Shown piece after piece: positions 17,717 through 26,859 of a stretch of DNA of 64,000 nt (its first letter is position 1; the number at the start of each line of letters is the position of its first letter). Under the pieces are notes generated by a model. That model worked only from the letters and a program-made list of their open reading frames with translations. It was not told the origin of the DNA and did no database searches. Source of the DNA: Oscillospiraceae bacterium (GTDB lineage: Bacteria; Bacillota; Clostridia; Oscillospirales; Oscillospiraceae); the NCBI GenBank assembly GCA_017447685.1, contig JAFSMZ010000053.1, positions 2,914 through 66,913 of the forward strand, given 5' to 3'. A program made the translations under genes and the position numbers.

Positions 17717-18910
17717 TCACTCGGCGGTGTAGTTGTCGAAATAGCCCTGGATGAAGACGATGGGGGTGCCCTTGTCGCCGGAGCCGGAGGTCAGGTCGCA
17801 GAGGGAACCGATCAGGTCGGTGAGGCGGCGGGGGGTGGTGCCCTCGGAGGCCATCTGGCCCACCAGATCGCCGTCCTTCTTGCGGATCTCCTCCTCAATG
17901 GCTTCGCGGAGGGCGTCGCCGGAGAGGGCGGCAAAGTCATTGTCCGCCAGGTACTTGAGCTTCAGCTCGTTGGGGGTGCCCTCCAGGCCCTTGGTGTAGG
18001 CCGGGGAGACCACCGGGTCCGCCAGCTCCCAGATCTTGCCGATGGGATCCTTGAAGGCGCCGTCGCCGTAGACCATGACCTCGATGTTCTTGCCGGTCTT
18101 TTCCTTCAGCTCCGCCTGGATGGCATCCACCAAAGGCTGGCAGTCCCGGGGGAAAAGCTTGACCTTGTCCTCGGTGGCCTTGTTGGAGCCCAGCAGACCG
18201 TAGCGCTCGTTGTAGCCGCTGCCGTTTACGGAGGCGGTCATCAGCTCGTCCAGGCCGAAGACCCGCTCGCCGCCGGCGGCCTTCAGGATGCGGGAGGTGC
18301 GGGCGCGGGTGTGGATATCGCAGTGGATGACGTTTTTGGTGTAGTCCAGGATGCGGCGGGCGTCATTGGCGAAGATCACTTCCACCTCGGCGCCGGATTC
18401 CCGGATCAGCTCAGCATAGTAATCCACGTAGTCGACGCCGGTGAAGCGGTGGACACGGTAGCCGAAGAGCTCCCGGTAGCGCTCCAGAGTCAGCAGATCC
18501 CGGTAGGGATCCACGCCCTTCTCGTCCAGACTGTCCCAGTCCACCAGGTGGTTGCCCACCTCGTCGGAGGGATAGGAGAGCATCAGGACCACTTTCTTCG
18601 CGCCCTTGGCGATGCCCCGCAGGCAGATGGCAAAGCGGTTGCGGCTGAGGATGGGGAAGATGACGCCGACGGTCTCGCCGCCCAGCTTCTCCCGCACGTC
18701 GGCGGCGATATCGTCCACCGTGGCGTAGTTGCCCTGGGCCCGGGCCACAATGGCCTCGGTCATGGCGACGATGTCCCGGTCGTGGAAGGCGAAGCCCTCC
18801 TGCTCGGCGGCGGCCAGGACGGATGCGGTCACGATCTGCTTCAGATCGTCTCCCTCACGGATGATGGGGGCGCGGACGCCCCGGGAAACAGTTCCTACCA
18901 TACGACTCAT
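17717..18910 (-). CDS. CofE-like (F420-0:gamma-glutamyl ligase family) protein
   Basis: 397 aa. N-terminal DRDIVAMTEAIVARAQGNY and central ..GLLGSNKATED.. resemble CofE/FbiB N-domain blocks. Only 70 nt downstream of purL, with no terminator between them. Confidence 0.45.
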   Translation of the reverse strand: MSRMVGTVSRGVRAPIIREGDDLKQIVTASVLAAAEQEGFAFHDRDIVAMTEAIVARAQGNYATVDDIAADVREKLGGETVGVIFPILSRNRFAICLRGIAKGAKKVVLMLSYPSDEVGNHLVDWDSLDEKGVDPYRDLLTLERYRELFGYRVHRFTGVDYVDYYAELIRESGAEVEVIFANDARRILDYTKNVIHCDIHTRARTSRILKAAGGERVFGLDELMTASVNGSGYNERYGLLGSNKATEDKVKLFPRDCQPLVDAIQAELKEKTGKNIEVMVYGDGAFKDPIGKIWELADPVVSPAYTKGLEGTPNELKLKYLADNDFAALSGDALREAIEEEIRKKDGDLVGQMASEGTTPRRLTDLIGSLCDLTSGSGDKGTPIVFIQGYFDNYTAE

Positions 18911-18980
18911 AGATTATTTACCTGCCTTTCTTTTGCTGCTTCCGGGATCGGAGCGAATGTTCTCCTGATGACGGTGTCTG

Positions 18981-21900
18981 TTAACGGAAATACTTGACGG
19001 CGGCCTCGAACATGCGGAGGTCGTAATTGCCGGGAACATTTTTATAGAGATTGGAGCCGATGCGCTCGGCATGGCCCATCTTGCCGAAGACGCGGCCGTC
19101 GGGAGAGGTGATGCCCTCCACGGCGAAGAGGGAGCCGTTGGGGTTAAAGTGCACGTCGGCAGTGGCCTTGCCTTCCAGATCCACATACTGGGTGGCGATC
19201 TGTCCGTTTTTGGCCAGGGTGCGGATGGTGGCCTCGTCCGCCAGGAAGCGGCCCTCGCCGTGGGAGATGGGCACATTGTACACCTCGCCCACCTGGGTCA
19301 GCGCCAGCCAGGGGGACTTGTTGGAGGCGATGCGGGTGCGGACGATGCGGCTCTGGTGCCGGGCGATGGTGTTGAAGGTCAGGGTGGGCGCCTTTTCATC
19401 CGGCTCGATGATGCGGCCGTAGGGTACCAGACCCAGCTTGATGAGGGCCTGGAAGCCGTTGCAGATGCCGCAGATGAGGCCGTCCCGCTGCTCCAGCAGC
19501 TCCATGACCCCTTCCTTCACGGGATCGGAGCGGAAGAAGGCGGTGATGAACTTGCCGGAGCCGTCCGGCTCGTCGCCGCCGGAGAAACCGCCGGGGATGA
19601 AGATCATCTGGCTGTCCCGGAGACGCTTGGCGAAGTCCTCCACGGAATGGGCAATGGCGTCGGCGCTCAGGTTGCGGACGACGAAGATCTCCGGCTCGCC
19701 GCCGGCATCACGCACGGCGCGGGCGCTGTCGATCTCGCAGTTGGTGCCGGGAAAGGCGGGGATCAGCACCCGGGGTTTTGCCGCCCGGATCGCCGGAGCC
19801 GGACGGCTTTCGGCGGTATAGGAGAAGGTCTCCAGGGGGATCTCGGGCGTGGGGATGTTGCAGGCATAGACGCTCTCCAGCTTGCCCTCGTAGAGCTCCA
19901 GGAGCTTTGCGCAGTCCAGAGACGCATCGCCGTAGGTGAAGCGGCCGTCGTCGGTGAAGACGCCCAGGCACTCGCCGGGCACGTCCTCGTCCGCCTCCAA
20001 CAGGAAGGCGCCGTAGTCGTAGCTGAAGAGACGGTCCAGGGGCAGATCTTCCCGGAAGCGGAAGCCCAGGGCGTTGCCGATGGCCATCTTCCAGATCGCG
20101 GCGGCGTCACCCCCCTCGCCGGGAGTGTAGCAGGCGTAGGCCTTGCCGCTGTGCAGAAGAGCGTTGACGGTATCGAAGAGGGAGAGGAGGGAGGCGGCGG
20201 TGGGCAGACCGTTTTCGTCCTGTTCGGGCGCGAGACGGATGAGCTTGTGGCCCGCCTGCTTTGCCTCGGGGGTCACGATATCGCCGGTTTTGGCGGTGGT
20301 CACGGCGAAGGAGACCAGGGTGGGGGGCACGTCCAGGGTCTCGAAGCTGCCGCTCATGGAGTCCTTGCCGCCGATGGCGGCAACGCCCAGGCCCATCTGG
20401 GCCTCAAAAGCGCCCAGCAGGGCGGCCAAAGGCTTGCCCCAGCGCTTGGGATCCTTGCCCAGACGCTCAAAGTACTCCTGGAACGTGAGGTACACGTCCC
20501 GGAAGGCGGCGCCGGAGGCAATGAGCTTTGCCACCGATTCCACCACGGCCAGATACGCGCCGTGATAGGGGCTCTGCTCCGAGAGGAAGGGGTTGAAGCC
20601 CCAGGACATGAGGGAGCAATCCTCGGTATGGCCCTGCTCCAAAGAGATCTTCTGCACCATTGCCTGGACCGGGGTGAGCTGATATTTGCCGCCGAAGGGC
20701 ATCATCACGCTGCCGGCGCCGATGGTGGAGTCAAAGCGCTCGCTGAGGCCCCGGCGGGAGCAGCCGTTCAGGTCCGAGACGGTCTTGCCCATGGCCTCGG
20801 CAAAGGAGGCGGCGGGCTGAGGCGCCAGAGCCTTGGGGGCGGCGGCATCCACGGTGATGTGCTTGGCTGCGCCGTTGGTGTCCAGAAAAGCGCGGCTCAG
20901 ATCCACGATGGTCTTGCCGTTCCAGTGCATCCGGAGGCGAGGCTCCGGCGTGACCACGGCCACGGGCACGGCCTGCAGGTTCTCCTGATCCGCCAGGGCC
21001 AGGAAGGCGTCCCGGTCCTCGGGGGCGATGACCACGGCCATGCGCTCCTGGCTCTCGCTGATGGCAAGTTCGGTGCCGTCCAGACCCTCGTACTTCCGGG
21101 GAACGGCGTTGAGGTCAATGTTGAGACCGTCGGCCAGCTCACCGATGGCCACGGAGACGCCGCCGGCGCCAAAGTCGTTGCAGCGCTTGATCATACGGGT
21201 GGCGGCGGGGTTGCGGAAGAGGCGCTGGAGCTTGCGCTCCTCGGGGGCGTTGCCCTTCTGCACCTCGGCGCCGCAGGTCTCCACGGAATGGGCGTCATGG
21301 GCCTTGGAGGAGCCGGTGGCGCCGCCGATGCCGTCCCGCCCGGTGCTGCCGCCCAGGAGGATCACCAGATCCCCGGGGGCGGGCCGCTCACGCCGCACAT
21401 TGGAGGCCGGGGCGGCGGCAATGACCGCGCCGATCTCCATACGCTTGGCGGCGTAGCCCGGGTGATACCACTCGTCCACGATGCCGGTGGCAAGGCCGAT
21501 CTGGTTGCCGTAGGAGGAATAGCCTGCGGCGGCGGTGGTGACCAGCTTCCGCTGGGGAAGTTTGCCGGGGATGGTCTCGCTGACGGGCTTCAGGGGGTCC
21601 GCCGCGCCGGTGAGGCGCATGGCCCCGTAGACGTAGGCCCGACCGGAGAGAGGGTCCCGGATGGCGCCGCCGATGCAGGTGGCCGCGCCGCCGAAGGGCT
21701 CGATCTCGGTGGGGTGGTTGTGGGTCTCGTTCTTGAAGAGCAGCAGCCAGGGCTCGGTTACGCCGTCCACGGTGACCTCGGTCTTCACGGTGCAGGCGTT
21801 GATCTCCTCACTCTCGTCCAGCTTCGGGAGCTTGCCGGCCTTCTTCAGGGCTTTGGCGGCGATGGTGCCCAGGTCCATCAGGCAGATGGGCTTGGTGCGG

Positions 21901-22667
21901 CCCAGGGCCTCACGGGTGGCCAGATAGTCCTCCCAGGCCTGCTGCAGCAGGGGATCGGAGAAGCGGGCCTCGTCGATGACGGTGTTGAAGGTGGTGTGAC
22001 GGCAGTGGTCGGACCAGTAGGTGTCCAGCACCCGGACCTCGGTGATGCTGGGATCCCGGCCCTCGGTGCGGAAATAGTCCTGGCAGAAGGCAAAGTCGTC
22101 CCCGTCCATGGCAAGGCCGAGACGGCGGCCCAGGGCCTCCAGCTCCTCCCGGGGAAGCTCGCGGAAGCCCTCCAGGGTCTCCACGCTCTCGGGCAGCTCA
22201 TAGCGCATGGCCAGCGTCTCCGGATGGCTGAGAGAGGCCTCCCGGGCCTCCACGGGGTTGATAACGTATTTCTTGATCTCTTCCAGCTCCTCCGGCTTCA
22301 GGTCGCCGTAGAGGGCGTAGACCTTGGCGGAGCGGACCAGGGGCCGCTCGCCCTGGGAGAGGATCTGGATGCACTGGGCGGCAGAGTCCGCCCGCTGGTC
22401 AAACTGGCCGGGGAGATACTCCACGGCGAAGACCAGAGCGTCCCCCGGGTCGATGCTCTCCGAGGCCAGGTCCAGCTGGGGCTCGGAGAAGACGGTGCGG
22501 ATGGCGGAATCGAAAAGCTCCCGGCTCAGGCCCTCCGCGTCGTAGCGGTTGAAGAGACGGACCTTGGTGAGGCTCCGGATCCCCAGCAGGCCCCGGGCGT
22601 CGTTCAGCAGGGCGCGGGCCTCCTGGTCCAGGCCGGGCTTCTTTTCGACGTAAACTCTATAAACCAT
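18981..22667 (-). CDS. purL: Phosphoribosylformylglycinamidine (FGAM) synthase, single-chain large type
   Basis: ATG 22667 (MVYRVYVEKKPG..), 1228 aa. C-terminal glutaminase block GICNGFQ. The track start at 22733 is a TTG with no support. Confidence 0.95.
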   Translation of the reverse strand: MVYRVYVEKKPGLDQEARALLNDARGLLGIRSLTKVRLFNRYDAEGLSRELFDSAIRTVFSEPQLDLASESIDPGDALVFAVEYLPGQFDQRADSAAQCIQILSQGERPLVRSAKVYALYGDLKPEELEEIKKYVINPVEAREASLSHPETLAMRYELPESVETLEGFRELPREELEALGRRLGLAMDGDDFAFCQDYFRTEGRDPSITEVRVLDTYWSDHCRHTTFNTVIDEARFSDPLLQQAWEDYLATREALGRTKPICLMDLGTIAAKALKKAGKLPKLDESEEINACTVKTEVTVDGVTEPWLLLFKNETHNHPTEIEPFGGAATCIGGAIRDPLSGRAYVYGAMRLTGAADPLKPVSETIPGKLPQRKLVTTAAAGYSSYGNQIGLATGIVDEWYHPGYAAKRMEIGAVIAAAPASNVRRERPAPGDLVILLGGSTGRDGIGGATGSSKAHDAHSVETCGAEVQKGNAPEERKLQRLFRNPAATRMIKRCNDFGAGGVSVAIGELADGLNIDLNAVPRKYEGLDGTELAISESQERMAVVIAPEDRDAFLALADQENLQAVPVAVVTPEPRLRMHWNGKTIVDLSRAFLDTNGAAKHITVDAAAPKALAPQPAASFAEAMGKTVSDLNGCSRRGLSERFDSTIGAGSVMMPFGGKYQLTPVQAMVQKISLEQGHTEDCSLMSWGFNPFLSEQSPYHGAYLAVVESVAKLIASGAAFRDVYLTFQEYFERLGKDPKRWGKPLAALLGAFEAQMGLGVAAIGGKDSMSGSFETLDVPPTLVSFAVTTAKTGDIVTPEAKQAGHKLIRLAPEQDENGLPTAASLLSLFDTVNALLHSGKAYACYTPGEGGDAAAIWKMAIGNALGFRFREDLPLDRLFSYDYGAFLLEADEDVPGECLGVFTDDGRFTYGDASLDCAKLLELYEGKLESVYACNIPTPEIPLETFSYTAESRPAPAIRAAKPRVLIPAFPGTNCEIDSARAVRDAGGEPEIFVVRNLSADAIAHSVEDFAKRLRDSQMIFIPGGFSGGDEPDGSGKFITAFFRSDPVKEGVMELLEQRDGLICGICNGFQALIKLGLVPYGRIIEPDEKAPTLTFNTIARHQSRIVRTRIASNKSPWLALTQVGEVYNVPISHGEGRFLADEATIRTLAKNGQIATQYVDLEGKATADVHFNPNGSLFAVEGITSPDGRVFGKMGHAERIGSNLYKNVPGNYDLRMFEAAVKYFR

Positions 22668-22668
22668 G

Positions 22669-23940
22669 TTATACCTCTTCCTTCGCGCACAGGGCTCGCT
22701 GTCCGATGTCCCGGCGGCAGAAGGCATTTTCAAATTTCACTTGATCGGCCAGAGCGTAGGCCGCTTCGATGGCGCGTGGCAGGCTCTCCGCCACGGCGGT
22801 GCAGCCCAGGACCCGGCCGCCGTTGGTGACGAGACGCCCGTCCTTCAGCGCGGCGCCGGCCACGTAGACCCGATCGCGGATGGCCTCCGGGATCTCCAGA
22901 GGGAAGCCCTTTTCGTAGCTGCCGGGGTAGCCCCTGGAGGCCAGGATCACGCAGCAGGCGCTCTCCGGGCGGAACTTGACTTCCACATCGCTGAGGCGCT
23001 CCTCGGTGACGGCGCGCATGATGGTGAAAAGGTCGCTCTCCAGCAGGGGCAGCACCACCTGGGTCTCCGGGTCGCCGAAGCGGCAGTTGTACTCGATGAC
23101 CTTGGGCCCGTCCTTCGTGATCATCAGCCCGAAGTACAGGCAGCCCTTGAAGGGACGGCCCTCGGCCTGCATGGCGCGGACGGTGGGCAGGAAGATCTCT
23201 TCCATGCAGCGCCGGGCCACGGCCTCGGTGTAATAGGGGTTCGGCGCAACGGTGCCCATGCCGCCGGTGTTGGGGCCGGTGTCCCCGTCAAAGGCGCATT
23301 TGTGGTCCATGGAGGAGACCATGGGGACGATGGTCTTGCCGTCGGTAAAGGAAAGGACGGAGACCTCGGGACCCTCCAGGAATTCCTCGATGACCAGCTT
23401 CTCTCCGCTCTTGCCGAACTTGTGGTTCTCCATGCTCTCCCGGACGGCCTGCTCGGCCTCCTCACGGCTCCGGGCCACCACAACGCCCTTGCCCAGGGCC
23501 AGGCCGTCCGCCTTCACCACCACGGGGATGGGGCAGCTGCGGACGTAGTCCAGAGCGGCGTCCAGCTGGGTGAAGACCTCATAGCGGGCGGTGGGGATGT
23601 TGTACTTCTTCATCAGGTCCTTGGCAAAGACCTTGCTGCCTTCGAGGATGGCGGCCTCGGCCCGGGGGCCGAAGCAGGGCACGCCGATCTCCTCCAGGGC
23701 GTTGACGCAGCCCAGGACCAGGGGATCGTCCGGCGTGACCACCGCGTAGTCGATGGCGTTTGCCTCGGCAAAGGAGACGATGGAGGGGATGTCCTTGGCG
23801 CCGATGGGAACGCAGGCGGCGTCCGCCGCGATGCCGCCGTTGCCGGGCAGGGCATAAATCTCGGTGATGTCAGGGTTCTCCTTCAGCTTGCGGATGACGG
23901 CGTGCTCCCGGCCGCCGCCGCCGATAACCATTACTTTCAT
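22669..23940 (-). CDS. purD: Phosphoribosylamine--glycine ligase
   Basis: ATG 23940 follows GAGGAG (MKVMVIGGGGREHA..), 423 aa. The stop lies 1 nt from the purL start. Confidence 0.95.
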   Translation of the reverse strand: MKVMVIGGGGREHAVIRKLKENPDITEIYALPGNGGIAADAACVPIGAKDIPSIVSFAEANAIDYAVVTPDDPLVLGCVNALEEIGVPCFGPRAEAAILEGSKVFAKDLMKKYNIPTARYEVFTQLDAALDYVRSCPIPVVVKADGLALGKGVVVARSREEAEQAVRESMENHKFGKSGEKLVIEEFLEGPEVSVLSFTDGKTIVPMVSSMDHKCAFDGDTGPNTGGMGTVAPNPYYTEAVARRCMEEIFLPTVRAMQAEGRPFKGCLYFGLMITKDGPKVIEYNCRFGDPETQVVLPLLESDLFTIMRAVTEERLSDVEVKFRPESACCVILASRGYPGSYEKGFPLEIPEAIRDRVYVAGAALKDGRLVTNGGRVLGCTAVAESLPRAIEAAYALADQVKFENAFCRRDIGQRALCAKEEV

Positions 23941-24229
23941 GTTGAACTCCTCAAATGTGATAGTGCGGATGGGCTTCCACCTCATCCGTCGCCTGCTCCG
24001 GAAAGCGGGGGAGGAAGGCTGAGAGGAAGAAATAAAAACCTCATCCGTCATCCGCCTTGCGGGGGACGGCGGATGCCACCTTTCCGCCTTGCGGTTCCCG
24101 AAAAACCGTTCGGGCTTACGCTGATCCTCCGGTTTTTCGACCGCTGCGGAAAAAGCGCGCTGCCTTCTCCTGCCGCCGGCAGCGGCAGCACGCTTTTCCC
24201 TCAAGGGGAAGGCAAAGAGGATAGGATGA

Positions 24230-25408
24230 TTAGTGGTGGAACAGGCGCATGCCCGTGAAGGCCATGACCATGTTGTAGCGGTCCGCGGTGGCGATGACGT
24301 GATCGTCCCGGATGGAGCCGCCGGGCTCGGCAATGTACTGCACGCCGGACTTGCGGGCGCGCTCCACATTGTCCCCGAAGGGGAAGAAGGCGTCGGAGCC
24401 GCAGGTGACGCCGCTCTGAGTGGCGATCCAGGCCTTTTTCTCCTCGGCGGTGAGGACCTCGGGCTTCACCTTGAAGATCCGCTGCCACTCGCCCTCCCGG
24501 AGCACGTCCTCGTACTCATCGGAGGTGTAGATGTCGATGGCGTTGTCCCGGTCGGGGCGGCGGATGCCGTCCACAAACTGCAGGCCCAGCACCTTGGGAT
24601 GCTGGCGGAGATACCAGTTGTCCGCCTTCTGGCCGGCGAGACGGGTGCAGTGGATGCGGCTCTGCTGGCCGGCGCCCACGCCGATGGCCTGGCCGTCCTT
24701 CACGTAGCAGACGGAGTTGGACTGGGTATATTTCAGGGTGATAAGGGCCACGATCATGTCGATCTTGGCCTGCTCGGGCAGTTCCTTGTTCGCGGTGACG
24801 ATGTTCTGCAGCAGCGCCTCGTCGATCTTGAAGTTGTTGTGGCCCTGCTCAAAGGTGATGCCGAACACGTCCTTGTACTCCTGAAGCGCGGGAACGTAGT
24901 CGGGATCGATCTGGACCACGTTGTAGCCGCCCTTTTTCTTGGTCTTCAGGATCTCCAGGGCTTCCTCGGTGTAGCCCGGGGCGATGACGCCGTCGGAGAC
25001 CTCATCCTTCAGATAGGCGGCGGTGGCGGCGTCGCAGACTTCGCTGAGCGCGGCCCAGTCCCCGTAGGAGCAGAGACGGTCCGCACCGCGGGCGCGGATG
25101 TAGGCGCAGGCGATGGGGCTGAGCTCGGCCTCGGGGGCGACGAAGTAGATCCTGCGGTCAGTCTCGCTGAGGGGCAGGCCCACGGCGGCGCCGGCGGGGG
25201 AGACGTGCTTGAAGGAGGCGGCGGAGGGAAGACCGGTGGCCTCCTTCAGCTCCTTGACAAGCTGCCAGGAGTTGAGAGCGTCCAGAAAGTTGATGAAGCC
25301 CGGGCGGCCGTTCAGAACGGTGACAGGCAGGTCGGAGCCGTCCTTCATGAAGATGCGGGCGGGCTTCTGGTTGGGGTTGCAGCCGTATTTGAGTTGCAGT
25401 TCGTTCAT
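24230..25408 (-). CDS. purH: AICAR formyltransferase (PurH, transformylase domain only)
   Basis: MNELQLKYGCNPNQ.. FKHVSPAGAAVG. 392 aa, so the N-terminal MGS-like IMP cyclohydrolase domain of canonical ~510-aa PurH is absent. ATG 25408 lies 11 nt after GGGAG. Confidence 0.85.
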   Translation of the reverse strand: MNELQLKYGCNPNQKPARIFMKDGSDLPVTVLNGRPGFINFLDALNSWQLVKELKEATGLPSAASFKHVSPAGAAVGLPLSETDRRIYFVAPEAELSPIACAYIRARGADRLCSYGDWAALSEVCDAATAAYLKDEVSDGVIAPGYTEEALEILKTKKKGGYNVVQIDPDYVPALQEYKDVFGITFEQGHNNFKIDEALLQNIVTANKELPEQAKIDMIVALITLKYTQSNSVCYVKDGQAIGVGAGQQSRIHCTRLAGQKADNWYLRQHPKVLGLQFVDGIRRPDRDNAIDIYTSDEYEDVLREGEWQRIFKVKPEVLTAEEKKAWIATQSGVTCGSDAFFPFGDNVERARKSGVQYIAEPGGSIRDDHVIATADRYNMVMAFTGMRLFHH

Positions 25409-25413
25409 ATCGA

Positions 25414-26046
25414 TCAATCTCCCAAATGTTTATTGAATAGTTTGACTTCGCCCTTTACGTTAGCGTAAAGGGAAACTTTGTTGTCCTTGTTGAGGGCCTC
25501 CCAGACCTGCTCGGGCTCGGGCATGTCGATGCAGAGCGGCTCGCCGGTGAAGCTGGGCAGGGGGCTGCCGTCTCCCTGGTAGGTGCTGATGAAATAGCCC
25601 TTGCCCTCGTCGCAGCCTTCGTAATCGTAGTAGCAGCGGAGGCAGCGGCCGTCCACGTGCTTTAGGATGGAGAGGGAAAAGCTGCCGTCCTTGTGGCAGA
25701 TGGCGGAGATGCGGGGGGTCCAGTTGGGCTCGTCGGGCTCATATTCCCGGGTGGAGAGAGCAGCGCGGAAGTCGCCCATGTCCCGGATGGTGTCGGTCTG
25801 GTTGCCGTTGGTGACGATGAGATCCTCGCCCATGGAGCGGACGGGGTGGTAGATGATGAGGCTGGGGTCGGACAGCTTGGAGGCGTCATAGGCCTCGGTG
25901 CGGATGCCGTCTTCCGTCAGGGAGAAGATGCGGTTGCGGCTGTTCTCGCTGCGGCCCATGATGAAGTAATAGACCCGGTCCTTGCCCACGGCGATGCCGC
26001 GGCCTGGGTAGCTGGTGTTTCTTAAAAATTCCAGAAAGTCGATCAT
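25414..26046 (-). CDS. purO: IMP cyclohydrolase, archaeal PurO-like family
   Basis: 210 aa. YPGRGIAVG, VTNGNQTDTI, YEPDEPNWTPRISA and FISTYQ align by eye with the M. jannaschii PurO blocks. Confidence 0.75.
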   Translation of the reverse strand: MIDFLEFLRNTSYPGRGIAVGKDRVYYFIMGRSENSRNRIFSLTEDGIRTEAYDASKLSDPSLIIYHPVRSMGEDLIVTNGNQTDTIRDMGDFRAALSTREYEPDEPNWTPRISAICHKDGSFSLSILKHVDGRCLRCYYDYEGCDEGKGYFISTYQGDGSPLPSFTGEPLCIDMPEPEQVWEALNKDNKVSLYANVKGEVKLFNKHLGD

Positions 26047-26066
26047 GTTCTCTTCTCCTTTTTATT

Positions 26067-26090
26067 CAAATGCAAACTCGTTTGCATTTG
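26067..26090. promoter_or_regulatory. Perfect 11-2-11 palindrome upstream of purO (candidate operator or RNA hairpin)
   Basis: CAAATGCAAAC-tc-GTTTGCATTTG, 21 nt upstream of the purO start codon. Confidence 0.4.
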
Positions 26091-26232
26091 TGATACACGC
26101 GCTTATCGCACGCGGCGCTCTGGAACGCCGCGTTTGGTCGGCGCGTGGGCTCGCTCAGCTCGCCTCAGGGTGTTTTTGCCGCGGCAAAGCCACGTCAAAA
26201 ACTATTGAATAACTGAGGTCTGCGAGGTGAGT

Positions 26233-26859
26233 TTACTGCTTCTCGTGTTCCGCTTGCTCTCTCATGAGCTTGGCGGAGACCAGCTCCGCCGCCTGGGGCA
26301 GGAGGATCCATTCGGCCTGCTCCATGACCCGCCGCTGCAGGACCTCCGGCGTGTCGCCGGGGAGAACGGGGACGGGCTGCTGCAGGAGGATCTCTCCGCC
26401 GTCGGGAATGTGGTTTACATAATGCACGGTAGCGCCGGTGTACTTGACGCCCCGGGCCAGAGCGGCCTCATGGACCTTGAGCCCATAGAAGCCTTTGCCG
26501 CAGAAGGAGGGGATCAGGGAGGGGTGGACATTGAGGATGCGGTTTTCCCAGCGCTGGGTAAATGCTGCGCTGAGGATGCTGAGGAAGCCGGCCAGGATGA
26601 TGAGCTCCACGCCCCGCGCATCCAGAGCCTCGTTCAGGGCCGCTTCAAAGCCCTCCTGTCCGCCGCAGGCGGAGCGGGTGAGGGTCAGCGCCTCCACCCC
26701 GGCGTTTTCCGCGCGGGTGAGGGCATAGGCCCCGGGCTTGTTGGACACCACCAGGACGATCTCACCGCTGCGGAGGACGCCGCTTTTTTCCGCGTCCAGC
26801 AAGGCCTGGAGATTGGTGCCGCCGCCGGAGACCAGCACGGCGATTTTGGTTTTGCTCAT
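26233..26859 (-). CDS. purN: Phosphoribosylglycinamide formyltransferase
   Basis: [23 protein letters not shown].., 208 aa. Confidence 0.9.
   Translation of the reverse strand: MSKTKIAVLVSGGGTNLQALLDAEKSGVLRSGEIVLVVSNKPGAYALTRAENAGVEALTLTRSACGGQEGFEAALNEALDARGVELIILAGFLSILSAAFTQRWENRILNVHPSLIPSFCGKGFYGLKVHEAALARGVKYTGATVHYVNHIPDGGEILLQQPVPVLPGDTPEVLQRRVMEQAEWILLPQAAELVSAKLMREQAEHEKQ

Noticed and set aside
22668-22733. N-terminal extensions offered by the ORF track: purL from TTG 22733, purD from 24369, carB from 40719, pyrC from 41830, GH94 from 11091, M28 from 6099.
   Set aside because: The extensions overlap upstream genes or intergenic repeats and lack an RBS. Internal ATGs with AGGAGG-type RBS give N-termini that match the conserved family starts.
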